A stretch of DNA of 64,000 nt from Defluviitaleaceae bacterium (lineage in GTDB: Bacteria > Bacillota > Clostridia > Lachnospirales > WQUN01): positions 13,516 to 77,515 of the forward strand of contig WRAH01000009.1 of the NCBI GenBank assembly GCA_009780315.1, in the 5' to 3' direction. Below the pieces are notes generated by a model that was given only the letters and a program-made list of their open reading frames with translations, had not been told where the DNA came from and did no database searches. Below, piece after piece: positions 48,491 through 58,779 of the stretch. A program made the position numbers and the translations under genes. How positions within the stretch are numbered: position 1 is the stretch's first letter; every line of letters starts with the position of its first letter.

Positions 48491-50878
48491 CTCGACTAAT
48501 CCATATTTGATTTTGATTCTGTCGAGTTTTTCCAACATTGGGCGGGATATGATGAGTAGAAAAAAGACTGTCGCCACAGCGTGAATGATATCAAATGGAA
48601 AACCCATGATGTATGACATCAAAAACATTTCTATTGTAGGGTTGGGTTGCCACATGAGTACACTGGCAGGGTTCATGATACCGCCATAGATTATCAAAGT
48701 GGCTAAACCACCAAAAATGGCAAGAGGAATAGGGCTGGATTGCAGTAATTTTTTGTGAAATAATATCCCTGCAAGGAAGCCTATCATACCAAAGGCAAAC
48801 ATTTGCCAAGGTGTCCACGGGCCTTGACCAAAAAACATATTACTTACAAACGCAGTCACCGCACCCACTAAAAATCCTGATTCCCCGCCAAAGGCCACCC
48901 CTGCAATGATGACAATAGCAATCACAGGCTTAAATTGGGGCAACATAAAAAATGCAGACCTGCCTGCAACAGCCAATGCACAAAGTACTGCAATGACTAC
49001 AATTTCACGGGCTTGGGGCTTTCGGCTTTCAAAAATCATCATAAAGGGAATCATGGTTTGCAAGATAATGAGCATGGAAATAAAGTAAAATCTACGGTCG
49101 TCAAAAAAATATATGCCTGCATAAATGGTGATGGGGATAGACAGCAAAATTAAAGCGGCTGCCAGCATGGTACGTTTTGGCAACGGAGGTTTGGGTGGAT
49201 TGCTGGGGGGGATATATTGGGTTTCATTGTTTACATATGGTTTTGCAGGAGTATCATCAGGGGGATTAGATTTCGTGGTTGTTGTCAGTTTCCCTCCCAG
49301 GGCAGTGATGATATCTTGGGGGGTTACGGCTTCGGGCAAGACTTGACGCGCCATACGATTAGCCCCTGTGGTATAAAAGCTATTTCCGCTAAAAAATGCC
49401 TTGGGGGTGTTTTCAGCCACAATATCACCGTCAAAAAATAATGCACAACGGGTTGCATATTCTGCACAAAATTCTATGTCATGGCTTACCATAATAATTG
49501 CCGTGCCGTCTTGTGCCAACTTTTGCAGGATACCTGCAAATATTGCCTTGTATTCTGCGTCCAACCCTTTGGTTGGCTCGTCCAGCAACAGGATTTTGGG
49601 CTGGAGCAATAATACTTTTGCCAGTGCCGCCCGTTGTTGCTCTCCCCCTGACAGGTCATACGGGTGACTGTCCAGTAAGTTTTCTAAGCGGCATAACTTT
49701 ATCATTTGGGTAAATGCTGCTTCTTTTTTTGCAGGCAATACTTCCTGCAAGTCTTCCCGCAAAGTTTTTGCTACAAATAATGTTTGGGGGTTTTGGGGCA
49801 AAGCATAAACAGGCTCATGGGTATGTATTTTTCCACGGTATGGTGAATAAAGCCCTAATATGAGGGACAGGGTTGTGGTTTTGCCTGTGCCGTTTCCGCC
49901 TAAAATGGCTGTAATTTCACCATAGTTGGCTTGAAAGTTTAGCCCTTTCACCACATCAGGGAGGTTCTTTTCATATTTGAACCATAGGTCTTTTACCGTC
50001 ACAGCCCTTTTGCCTGTAGTCATTGGAGGGGGTGCGGTGGATGTTTGAATGATTTTTTGGGTGTTAAGCCAGTCTGCGCCCTCTCGTACCGTGATTGGGC
50101 ATTGGTCTTTTCCATCACAAGCCGCCCATACACGCATGGGGGTTGGCATGGCTAGAAACATGCTGTGGGCTTTGGTACGCAAGATTGTACCTATTTCAGC
50201 AGGTGTGCCATGGGCTATCATTTGCCCTTTTTCCATTACGATGACTCTGGTAGAAAGGGAAAGCACTTCCTCCAGCCGATGTTCTGTTAAAATAACCGTT
50301 GTGCCTAGTTCGCGGTTTATTTTGCCTATCATCCCTAGAAACTCCCCTGCGGCAATAGGGTCTAACTGGCTGGTTGGCTCGTCTAAAATAAGCACAGAGG
50401 GTTGCAATGCCATAATAGACGCAAGGGCTAAAATTTGCTTTTGTCCACCAGACAATTCTGTTACAGATTTGTGAAACCAAGATTGTATGCCAAAAAAACT
50501 GGCTGTTTCTGCAACACGCAAGCGGATTTCTGGGGTTTTCATGCCTAGGCTTTCCAGCCCAAAAGCAAGCTCATGCCAGACCTTGTCCGTCACTATTTGA
50601 TTTTCCGGGGATTGAAATACGAAACCAATTTTTGCAGCCCCATCCCTTGGGGATAATTCCTCCAGAGGGGTATTTTCAAAAAATATTCTGCCTGTTTTCA
50701 CCCCATGGGGTGTAGCCGATGGCTTGATATGCCTCAGTAAAGTTGTTTTTCCACAGCCTGACGACCCGCAAACCGTTATAAACTCCCCGCTTTTTATGGT
50801 CAAATTGACATTCAGCAAGGCAGGGTGTGGGCGGGTTGGATATGAAAATGTTAGGTTCTCGATTTTATACGTTTCCAT
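48482..50878 (-). CDS. ECF transporter fusion protein: ATPase (EcfA-like) + ATPase (EcfA'-like) + C-terminal S-component-like membrane domain
   Basis: ATG 50878 follows AGAGGA. There are two complete ABC cassettes (GSSGCGKTT / LSGGQKQILAL / LILDEPTSQLD and GGNGTGKTT / LSGGEQQRAAL / LLLDEPTKGLD). A P/T/N-rich linker follows, and then about 6 TM helices. Confidence 0.88.
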   Translation of the reverse strand: METYKIENLTFSYPTRPHPALLNVNLTIKSGEFITVCGSSGCGKTTLLRHIKPSATPHGVKTGRIFFENTPLEELSPRDGAAKIGFVFQSPENQIVTDKVWHELAFGLESLGMKTPEIRLRVAETASFFGIQSWFHKSVTELSGGQKQILALASIMALQPSVLILDEPTSQLDPIAAGEFLGMIGKINRELGTTVILTEHRLEEVLSLSTRVIVMEKGQMIAHGTPAEIGTILRTKAHSMFLAMPTPMRVWAACDGKDQCPITVREGADWLNTQKIIQTSTAPPPMTTGKRAVTVKDLWFKYEKNLPDVVKGLNFQANYGEITAILGGNGTGKTTTLSLILGLYSPYRGKIHTHEPVYALPQNPQTLFVAKTLREDLQEVLPAKKEAAFTQMIKLCRLENLLDSHPYDLSGGEQQRAALAKVLLLQPKILLLDEPTKGLDAEYKAIFAGILQKLAQDGTAIIMVSHDIEFCAEYATRCALFFDGDIVAENTPKAFFSGNSFYTTGANRMARQVLPEAVTPQDIITALGGKLTTTTKSNPPDDTPAKPYVNNETQYIPPSNPPKPPLPKRTMLAAALILLSIPITIYAGIYFFDDRRFYFISMLIILQTMIPFMMIFESRKPQAREIVVIAVLCALAVAGRSAFFMLPQFKPVIAIVIIAGVAFGGESGFLVGAVTAFVSNMFFGQGPWTPWQMFAFGMIGFLAGILFHKKLLQSSPIPLAIFGGLATLIIYGGIMNPASVLMWQPNPTIEMFLMSYIMGFPFDIIHAVATVFFLLIISRPMLEKLDRIKIKYGLVEEK

Positions 50879-51744
50879 ATTAAATCCTCTTTTACATTGA
50901 CGATTAAGGGAAATGCGCAAAGCATAAAATGGACAATAAATAACACAACCATTAGCCCTTCATGGGTGTAAAAATGCCTAATGGTGGGAAAATATCTAAA
51001 GCGGTACACCTCAAAAACCCCACCTGTGATGATTGCAATAAGGCAAATTAAAATATAAATCAGCCCATATATATCACGGCTGGTGAAGCGGAAAATGGAA
51101 AATGCTGTGCGCTTGGGTAAACCATACCCCCGCCCTTTCATACTGTCTGCTGTCTCAATGGCGTTTTCCAGTGACCATGTAACCATGATGGATAAAATGC
51201 GCATACCATGCCGCGCCCGCTGAAAGACATTTCCCCTGGAAACATCCCGCCCAATGCATTTTTGTGCATTTGCCACAATTTTAATTTGGGCGCGAAACCG
51301 AGGAACAGCCCGCAACGACATGGAAAGTATCAACGAAAGGGCGGGAACTACCCGCCCAAGCAAATAAATCAATTTATCACTGGTCATGACTGCATTAAAG
51401 CATGAAAACCACACAATAACGGTGACAATCACCACTGCTGCCGCAATACCAAACATGGTTGACTCAAGAGTAAGTGGGTTTCCATTGGGCAAATGGGCTA
51501 AAATCGTACTGCCTTGGTGGTTAAAAAGCGGGTTCATGCCTGCGGCAACAATCATCATTGGCAACATAAAAATACCCATCCGTAAGGCTTTTTTTCCATA
51601 TAAATACAAGGCATAGACCATTGCACACAGCATAGAAATGCCTAAATTCACAGGATGCATGAAAAACATAGCCAGTCCAATAACTGCCGCAAAATAAAGT
51701 ATATTCACCAGAGGATGAAAGCTTGAAAATACGTCACATTCCAT
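50851..51744 (-). CDS. ecfT: ECF transporter transmembrane (T) component, CbiQ family
   Basis: 297-aa polytopic protein with the coupling-helix region ARHGMRILSIMVTWSLENAIETADSMKGRGY. It overlaps the ATPase gene start. Confidence 0.85.
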   Translation of the reverse strand: MECDVFSSFHPLVNILYFAAVIGLAMFFMHPVNLGISMLCAMVYALYLYGKKALRMGIFMLPMMIVAAGMNPLFNHQGSTILAHLPNGNPLTLESTMFGIAAAVVIVTVIVWFSCFNAVMTSDKLIYLLGRVVPALSLILSMSLRAVPRFRAQIKIVANAQKCIGRDVSRGNVFQRARHGMRILSIMVTWSLENAIETADSMKGRGYGLPKRTAFSIFRFTSRDIYGLIYILICLIAIITGGVFEVYRFRYFPTIRHFYTHEGLMVVLFIVHFMLCAFPLIVNVKEDLIWKRIKSRT

Positions 51745-51747
51745 GGT

Positions 51748-52557
51748 TTATTCTACCTGTTCTGCGCCTATATCACGTCCAAGGTCTACGGTATAAAGCC
51801 ACTCTACAATATCCCCTTCGCTTAAAAGATATTGAGACGACCCAAAATTGGGAAACCAGCCATTCACCCGATATTTCCAGCCAGAAAGAGGGCCTACATC
51901 ATATTCATACAAATTATTGATGGCTTCTATATACGCTGTATTAAAAGCAGGCGTAAACCGTGCCGCCATGTGTATACCTTCCTGTCTCGTTTCCCGCTGT
52001 AATATATCAAATACACTTTCCCCTTCCCAAGCCAATACTTGCCTTGGGTGCAAAATCCAGCCGTCTTCTGGTACAAGTTCGTGTTTGTCTCTGTGCAATA
52101 AATGCATATTATCCAAAATCGTATGGGCGCGCACAGATAAAGTCACGTAAAATGAACCATCATCTACAACAACATAGGCTGGCTCAACCTCAACAGGGAT
52201 GATTATTTCGGGCGTTTCTTCAAAAGTTTCTTCATCTTCAATTATTTCAAGGCTGGCTATATATTCGTATTCGTTTTGTGAGGGTTCATCCTGTAGAGTG
52301 TCATCCTGTGTTTCCGCTTCGGCAACGAGGGTTTCTACTTCTAATGGTAGAAACTCCGTAATCCCTTCGGAATGATATAAGTCGGGAATTGTGACGGGGG
52401 TTGCCATTGTTTCAAGGGGAGAGGATTCTGCCAGTTCTGGTGCTGGTGCATTTGTACTATGCACCCCACCCCAAAACCATGCAGTCACCAGCAAGGCAAC
52501 AATGACAACACCGCCTACAATTTTAGGCACAATATTAGTTTTCATAAGCTTCTTCAA
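51748..52557 (-). CDS. Membrane-anchored DUF4430-domain protein (transcobalamin beta-domain-like)
   Basis: N-terminal TM anchor, an acidic linker, and a C-terminal DUF4430 signature LSGWKYRVNGWFPNFGSSQYLLSEGDIVEWLYT. Confidence 0.8.
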   Translation of the reverse strand: MKKLMKTNIVPKIVGGVVIVALLVTAWFWGGVHSTNAPAPELAESSPLETMATPVTIPDLYHSEGITEFLPLEVETLVAEAETQDDTLQDEPSQNEYEYIASLEIIEDEETFEETPEIIIPVEVEPAYVVVDDGSFYVTLSVRAHTILDNMHLLHRDKHELVPEDGWILHPRQVLAWEGESVFDILQRETRQEGIHMAARFTPAFNTAYIEAINNLYEYDVGPLSGWKYRVNGWFPNFGSSQYLLSEGDIVEWLYTVDLGRDIGAEQVE

Positions 52558-53521
52558 ACATATCGCTCATGTCATATAGCCATGTCATGCCATTGACAAG
52601 TCGCCAGTATGCAACCAGTGCATAAGCCCCTTGTTCTGTTGACATAGGGTCTATCATGTCATCTGAATTTGAGCGTCTAAACCCGCCGCTTTCTTCATCA
52701 AACCATTGTAATAGCCATTGTACATAAACCAAAGCTTCTTCTGCAAAGTCTTCCCCAAGGGCAGTGAGTGCCACAATCATTTGGGCAGTGCTTTCAGGGT
52801 CAGAAAAAGTTTGCCTGCGAAGCCAGTCAAGGGCAAGGTCAACTGCCATGCGCACTTCTGCGTTATCGTCATAATACTGCGCCAATGCTTGAACAACCAT
52901 GGACGTTGTGTCTATTTCCAGCCGACCGAAAGCCCATGTACCTGTTGGATTTTGAGATGCTAAAATCCAGTCTATAAAGTCCATGCTATCCCTTTCATGC
53001 GGTATTGCGTTTAGTGCAATCAGTGCGAAAGCGTCTGCGTTTATGGTCATGTTCAAGGCATGGCGTTCATCCACTGAAACAAATGTACTGTACACTGCCG
53101 TCAAATCCCGCCCGTTAAAGTCGGCCGCATTAAATCCAACAGAACCCAGTGCCAGTGCCAGCCGTTGAAAATCCGTCCAACGGCGCATTCCGCTTGGGAA
53201 AGTTCCCGCAGATGGCGGATGTTGGATGTTATGCCCTTCCCTAGTTAGCCTATCCACTTCCAAAAGCATACGTTCCACATCCGTAAGCCAACCTTGTACC
53301 CAAGCATCATCAGCAGTCACCCGCCCTGCACGTGCAAGGGCAAGTACAGCCCATTCCCCGCCGACAGAGCCGACAAGGGGATGGGGTGTCACTGAGTCAT
53401 AAATCCAGTCAAGGGAACGATACATTGCCGTTTCCCAATCGGGTATAGTATCTTCTGCTTGAACAGCTACAGGAACAATGAGCATGGTCAAAATCAATAA
53501 AAACGCTGTAAATTTACCCAT
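52535..53521 (-). CDS. Secreted alpha/alpha-barrel protein (prenyltransferase / squalene-oxidase repeat; transcobalamin alpha-domain-like)
   Basis: Signal peptide ...VAVQA-ED. Repeated helical-hairpin motifs (GGEWAVLALARAG, SQNPTGTWAF, DTTSMVVQALAQ, AQMIVALTALG, MSTEQGAYALVAYWR). Confidence 0.8.
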   Translation of the reverse strand: MGKFTAFLLILTMLIVPVAVQAEDTIPDWETAMYRSLDWIYDSVTPHPLVGSVGGEWAVLALARAGRVTADDAWVQGWLTDVERMLLEVDRLTREGHNIQHPPSAGTFPSGMRRWTDFQRLALALGSVGFNAADFNGRDLTAVYSTFVSVDERHALNMTINADAFALIALNAIPHERDSMDFIDWILASQNPTGTWAFGRLEIDTTSMVVQALAQYYDDNAEVRMAVDLALDWLRRQTFSDPESTAQMIVALTALGEDFAEEALVYVQWLLQWFDEESGGFRRSNSDDMIDPMSTEQGAYALVAYWRLVNGMTWLYDMSDMFEEAYEN

Positions 53522-53550
53522 GAATACCTCCTAATAATTTGTCTAACCTA

Positions 53551-56500
53551 TTATACCAGACTTTCCAGTGTTTCTTCTACCTTTGCACGGGTAATTCCAT
53601 TGTCTACATGCTGAATTTCGACAAAATCAAACCCGCCAAACTGTGCAAAGTTATTTAAAAGTATGGCAAAATGTTCGCTTGTCATATAAAGGTCTGGGCC
53701 AAAAGTGCCGTCACCAAAGCCATTGACAATACCATGATGTCTTGCCCATGCAATGGCTTGATAGTGAACATGTGATGTTTGTACATCTGTAAAAGCAGCA
53801 GGGGTACTAACGATTGGCGAGCCTTCAAATGCCCAAAGGATTGCAACAATCATTGCCCGTGTCATGATTTCATATGCATACAATGTTTCTTCTAACACAT
53901 CATTAGGATGTTCAACCGCTTCAATTTCGTCAGCGTCTTCACCAATATAGTCCACAAAGAATAATGAAAAATGCGTGGTTGAGAAAGTCATAAATCCCCT
54001 GTGATACAGTGAATCTTCCATGACGCTAATATTGCCGTCATCATCAAGATGGAACACTTTAAGCAAGTGATGATTAGAAAAACCTATCGGCAGTGTATAG
54101 GGTATGGTAATGGTAATAGTCCCTTCAAAATAGCGGATATATTCACCATCAATCATGATTGAAAGTGCGATAATAACATTATCACCCACAATTTCTCTTT
54201 GGACTGGGCTTAGATTATGATAGGCTACCATTTCTACAATAAGTCTTACTGTTGTATCATCATTTAATCCATATGCCAATCCTGCCAAAGTATCCACATC
54301 TAAGACGATAACCGAAATATAAGATTGAAGGGTTAATATCATTTCATTTGCTATAAGGGCATTGATTGATTCCATAATTAAATTTATCTCAATACTGACG
54401 GCTTCCTCTGTGTGGGTTACATGGATAATAATATTTTCTGCGGCTTCTGTTAAAGCTTCTGCAATGACTGAATCAATCAATGCAGGACTGACTTCCACCA
54501 CAGCTATGCCATCCACAACATCCGCTTCAATTTCTACATTGACGGAAGGTACATTCGGCACAGGCATAACAACAGGAGGTACAGGGACTAAAGGTGTTGC
54601 GTCAGACCCAGTCACATCACCACCGCCAATATCATCACCAAGTTCACGGGTATATAACCACGCTACAGTATCCCCATCGCGCACGGGGATAGATATTGCA
54701 CCTGCCTGTGGAAATGCACCGTTGATACTCACCATCCAACCAGACCCAGGGCCATGGTCAAATTCCGAAAGTCCTTCAATACGATATACATATCCGCCGC
54801 TACTGCCTATATTCAGTCCTGTTCTGTGAAGGAAACTATAAGCGGTTTCATTTGCATTGAGCGTAAGCGTATCATGAAAGAACGTGCGGTTTCCATGGGG
54901 GTCACGTACACTAATGGTTGCCGTACCAAGGGTTGGAGGGGTTTCACCACCCCCGCCACCGCCCCCACCGCCAGAAAGGTTTGGGGTGCTAACAGAAGGC
55001 AGGAGTTGGAGGGTTCTTGCCATACTTGCATCGTTCATACTATATAGTGTATCCATGCCATTGATAAAACGGTAGTACGCCACAAGGGCATAAGCGCCTT
55101 GTTCTGTAGACATTTGGTTAACAACACCACCGCCTGTCATGCCTTCCCAATACCATTCGGCACTTCTAAAGCCACCTGTTGCAGTGTCAAAATACCCCAG
55201 CAATCCAATGACATATGCAGACGGATTGTGTCCAGCTCCAGTGAGGGCAACAATCATTTGGGCATAATTTTCTGGGCCTGATAAAAATTGACCAGGTGTT
55301 ATCCAGCTGACTGCATTATTCACTGCTGTATTCACGGCACTATGACTGCGGAAAGGGGCAAGTGCTTGAATTGCCATTGACGTATGGTCAAAATCCCCCC
55401 AATCAGCACTCCATGGTGAAGGCCAAGAACCATCGGGTAATTGCTCTGCCAAAATTGCATCAATATATTGCTGTGTATTGATACTATAATTGCCAGCGTT
55501 TATGGCAAGCAATGCAAAAATATCCCCATTCAGCGGATTGTCCCCTGGACGGTTTGCAAATGCCGCCGTTAAGTCATGTCCTGAAAAATTTGATGCGTCT
55601 ATCCCCAAGGACGTTAGCGCAAGTGTAATACGCGCAAAATCTGTCAATGAAGTGCTGGATGCAAGGGGAAGCGCAGATGTTAGATTGGATATATACATGT
55701 CATACCATATATCATCATCAATACCTGCCCTAGCCAGTGATAGTACAGCCCATTCGCTAGAAATTCCAGGGTTAGGCGTATCTAACCGTAACCAACGCAA
55801 TGCATCATACATCATGGTTTGCCAGCGGGGTGCAGATGCTAATGGTATCAACCCATTGATTGATGCTGTCAGCCTTATGCGAACAGGGTCAACCACTGCT
55901 TGTGTTGCGTCTAAGGGTAATGAAAGTGCTTCATTGAGTGAGGTTTGCATTTCTGCCCAACTTGTAGGCGTGTAATTTGTCCTATTCCTTTGTTGCGCTT
56001 CTGCAATGGCTTCATTCAGTGCAACCCTAAAAGGCGGCAAAATAGATACAAGCCCATCTTTTGCAGCCAGCAACACTGCCAGTGCATTGTCAACATCAAT
56101 TTGTGTAGCACTTGCATTGATTACAACACTTTCAGCACTTGTTAATGCTGTCATAAACACGACCCAACTTGCTGGGGTGTATAGTGCAAATGAAAGAAGT
56201 CTCCCTTCAGTAATGGCCGCTTGTAGTGTTGAAAATCTGACTACAGTTAAATCAGGCTGCCATACCCATGTTTCACCTGCAACATCTGCATTAGGTACAG
56301 CAATAAGTCCCGCAGATGTAAATACACGATTTCCTTGAGGGTTTCCAATAGTGCCAGTCCCTACATTTGCCCAATACCCAGTATAGTATGGGTGACTGGG
56401 AATGGCAGGGAGATTAGCATTGATTTTAAACTCAAAATCAGTACCAAGTGTGATTTCACGCAAGGCAGTGGTATCTTGGAACGCATTTGCCATGGTTGGT

Positions 56501-58596
56501 TGCAATACGTTTGCAATAAAAACAGTGGAGGATGTGTTCCAACCTGATAAATTTACACGTTCTAAGCGGTTTGCATTTTGGAAGATAGCATTCATATTGG
56601 TTGCGCGGCGTATATCCCAACCTGATAAATCTAAACTTTGCAGACTTCTTGCGTCTGTAAACATATTGTTCATCAGAAGATTGGCAGTGATATTTCCACC
56701 CACATCCCAGCCTGACAAGTTCAATGATTCTAACGCCCATGTGTTAGCAAATGTACTTGCAAAGTTGGTGACACGGCTTACATCCCAGCTTGATAAATCT
56801 AAGCTTGTTAAGCTTCGGGCATTGCCAAATGTCATGCTCATGGTGGTTACATTACGTGTATCCCATTGGGCTATATTTAAGTCTGACAATGCCCATGTAT
56901 TGGAAAACGTACTGCTTAAATTGGTGACATTGCTTACATTCCAACCAGACAAATTTAAACTAGTCAAACTTTGGGCATTTGAAAAAGTTAAAGACAATGT
57001 ATTCACACTGCTTGTATCCCAATTGGCAATATCAAGACTGGTTAAGCTGTGTGCGCCAGAAAACATTGACCCTAAAGTTGTAACATTGCTTGTATTCCAA
57101 TGGCTCATACCTTGAATACTTACCAAGTTTGGATTTGTCGCAAACATATTTGCCATGGTCGTTACATTGGAAGTGTTCAGATATTGTAAACCCTCTATGG
57201 TTCTAACATTTGACAAACTACTAAACAAATGTTGGACAGAGTTGGACGAACCAACGGTAAGGGGGGCTTCAACAATAACACTGGTAATATTCATGCGGTG
57301 TGCGTGCCATGGAATGCTTGCATTTGCAGCAGTAGAACCTGCAACAATGCCACCGCCAATGACTAATCTGCCATCATTATATAACCGCCACGGTGCGCCG
57401 CCAGCAACTGAAAATGTGCCGGAATGAACAACACCTACAGAAATAAATCTGACATTAAACCTTTGCATGGCAATGTTGTTGCCAAACACAGTAACCGTTG
57501 CATTATATATTCCCACAGGAAGTCCGCTGTTGGGTGTTACAGTAAATAAATCATTCCCTCCTGCGGCAATGGCTGAAAGGGTTGATACATTTATTGTAAA
57601 AGCACTGGCATGTGTGCCAGAAAGTGCAATGGTAAGCCCACTTGTAGCCCTAGAACTTGTATTAGACACAGTAACATCAAGGGGGCTATCGGATGAAAAT
57701 ACATACAAATCAGTCACCGACAGCGCGATTTCTGCTGGTTCAGGTAAAACACCTGTTTCCAGTGCTGAAAGGGCGGCAAAGATTTCTCCAGTGGTTGCCA
57801 CAGGATTTATAATCACATCCAGTGCATGTTGGAATGCAGGCGCACTTACACCAGGTAAAAATAATGCACGAATCAAAGCATCTTTGCTTTCATGCACATA
57901 AATAGACGGCCCAAACCATGGGTCTACCGATAGCCCAAGACAAGTGCCTATGATTGAAAACATCCAACGCACAACATCTCCGTCACTTAATACCTCAACA
58001 CCTGCGCCAACATTACCAATGTTATGATTGACGGCAAACATCCAGCCTGACAAAAAGTTCATACCAAAATCATTTGACCCTATAGACCCATTTGGGTTAG
58101 GGTTAGGATTCCACATGGAAGCCATTGCATTTGCATTTATGCCATCCATGATAACCTGCGGTGGATTTGCAATGTCTGGAAATAACCCATGAATCCTAGT
58201 GATACCAGCAGCCCCGCCCTCATGTGTAAGACCATGTGCCGCCAGCACTTGCATTGTGGGCACCATTGCATTTGAACCTATAGGCACACGCACTTGTGTA
58301 GGTTCTACATAAAATCCATGACCTAAAGTAAAACCTTCAATGCTGACATAAACCGTAATATATTCCGTTGCCAGTGGAGCAACAATAACTTCTACCGCAG
58401 GGGGGCTTGCTATTTCAATGTCAACATCTACATTAAAATCATTATCGTTATTTTCATACTCCACTTCATATACATCTGCAAACAAAGATGTATTCGGCAA
58501 AAGACCAAATGCCATAACGAACGCAACAAGCAATGCAAGTATCCGCGTTTTTTTATTTTTGTTTATCAAAACAAACATCCTTTCTTTCATTGACAT
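53551..58596 (-). CDS. 1681-aa SLH-anchored surface protein. Domain order: signal peptide, DUF4430, Ig-like, about 10 BspA-type 26-residue LRRs, helical (FIVAR-like) modules, alpha/alpha barrel, poly-Gly linker, DUF4430, unknown domain, SLH
   Basis: Motifs in order: GWMFAVNHNIGNVGAGVEVLSDGDVVRWMFS; LTSLDLSSWDVSRVTNFASTF repeats; SSEWAVLSLARAG...MSTEQGAYALVAYYRF; GGGGGGGGG; SGWMVSINGAFPQAGAISIPVRDGDTVAWLYT; and a C-terminal FTDVQTSHVHYQAIAWARHHGIVNGFGDGTFGPD (SLH). Confidence 0.9.
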   Translation of the reverse strand: MSMKERMFVLINKNKKTRILALLVAFVMAFGLLPNTSLFADVYEVEYENNDNDFNVDVDIEIASPPAVEVIVAPLATEYITVYVSIEGFTLGHGFYVEPTQVRVPIGSNAMVPTMQVLAAHGLTHEGGAAGITRIHGLFPDIANPPQVIMDGINANAMASMWNPNPNPNGSIGSNDFGMNFLSGWMFAVNHNIGNVGAGVEVLSDGDVVRWMFSIIGTCLGLSVDPWFGPSIYVHESKDALIRALFLPGVSAPAFQHALDVIINPVATTGEIFAALSALETGVLPEPAEIALSVTDLYVFSSDSPLDVTVSNTSSRATSGLTIALSGTHASAFTINVSTLSAIAAGGNDLFTVTPNSGLPVGIYNATVTVFGNNIAMQRFNVRFISVGVVHSGTFSVAGGAPWRLYNDGRLVIGGGIVAGSTAANASIPWHAHRMNITSVIVEAPLTVGSSNSVQHLFSSLSNVRTIEGLQYLNTSNVTTMANMFATNPNLVSIQGMSHWNTSNVTTLGSMFSGAHSLTSLDIANWDTSSVNTLSLTFSNAQSLTSLNLSGWNVSNVTNLSSTFSNTWALSDLNIAQWDTRNVTTMSMTFGNARSLTSLDLSSWDVSRVTNFASTFANTWALESLNLSGWDVGGNITANLLMNNMFTDARSLQSLDLSGWDIRRATNMNAIFQNANRLERVNLSGWNTSSTVFIANVLQPTMANAFQDTTALREITLGTDFEFKINANLPAIPSHPYYTGYWANVGTGTIGNPQGNRVFTSAGLIAVPNADVAGETWVWQPDLTVVRFSTLQAAITEGRLLSFALYTPASWVVFMTALTSAESVVINASATQIDVDNALAVLLAAKDGLVSILPPFRVALNEAIAEAQQRNRTNYTPTSWAEMQTSLNEALSLPLDATQAVVDPVRIRLTASINGLIPLASAPRWQTMMYDALRWLRLDTPNPGISSEWAVLSLARAGIDDDIWYDMYISNLTSALPLASSTSLTDFARITLALTSLGIDASNFSGHDLTAAFANRPGDNPLNGDIFALLAINAGNYSINTQQYIDAILAEQLPDGSWPSPWSADWGDFDHTSMAIQALAPFRSHSAVNTAVNNAVSWITPGQFLSGPENYAQMIVALTGAGHNPSAYVIGLLGYFDTATGGFRSAEWYWEGMTGGGVVNQMSTEQGAYALVAYYRFINGMDTLYSMNDASMARTLQLLPSVSTPNLSGGGGGGGGGETPPTLGTATISVRDPHGNRTFFHDTLTLNANETAYSFLHRTGLNIGSSGGYVYRIEGLSEFDHGPGSGWMVSINGAFPQAGAISIPVRDGDTVAWLYTRELGDDIGGGDVTGSDATPLVPVPPVVMPVPNVPSVNVEIEADVVDGIAVVEVSPALIDSVIAEALTEAAENIIIHVTHTEEAVSIEINLIMESINALIANEMILTLQSYISVIVLDVDTLAGLAYGLNDDTTVRLIVEMVAYHNLSPVQREIVGDNVIIALSIMIDGEYIRYFEGTITITIPYTLPIGFSNHHLLKVFHLDDDGNISVMEDSLYHRGFMTFSTTHFSLFFVDYIGEDADEIEAVEHPNDVLEETLYAYEIMTRAMIVAILWAFEGSPIVSTPAAFTDVQTSHVHYQAIAWARHHGIVNGFGDGTFGPDLYMTSEHFAILLNNFAQFGGFDFVEIQHVDNGITRAKVEETLESLV
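56430..57180 (-). repeat. About 10 in-frame 75-78-bp coding repeats (BspA-type / DUF285-type 26-residue leucine-rich repeats)
   Basis: Recurring pattern ...W(D/N)(V/T)S.V(T)(N/T)...(M/T)F....L.SL(D/N)LS.W... Confidence 0.85.
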
Positions 58597-58701
58597 GGGG
58601 TTTTATCTCAAACCCCGCCGCTACTTTGATTTTTTTAGATTTTTTTACTATGCTATCCAATGCCAAGCACCCCTCCTTTTCATGAAAAATCCCTGAGAAT
58701 C

Positions 58702-58736
58702 AAAAAAACACGCTCCGTTTATGTAACGGAACGTGT
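58702..58736 (-). terminator. Riboswitch expression-platform terminator
   Basis: Minus strand reads ACACGTTCCGTT-ACAT-AAACGGAGCGTGT followed by TTTTTTT. Its 5' arm can alternatively pair with GAACGGAGCAATGTGT at the aptamer 3' end, which would form an antiterminator. Confidence 0.75.
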
Positions 58737-58779
58737 CCTAATAACAAGGTTAAAATACCCTTTTAAAATAAAACACATT

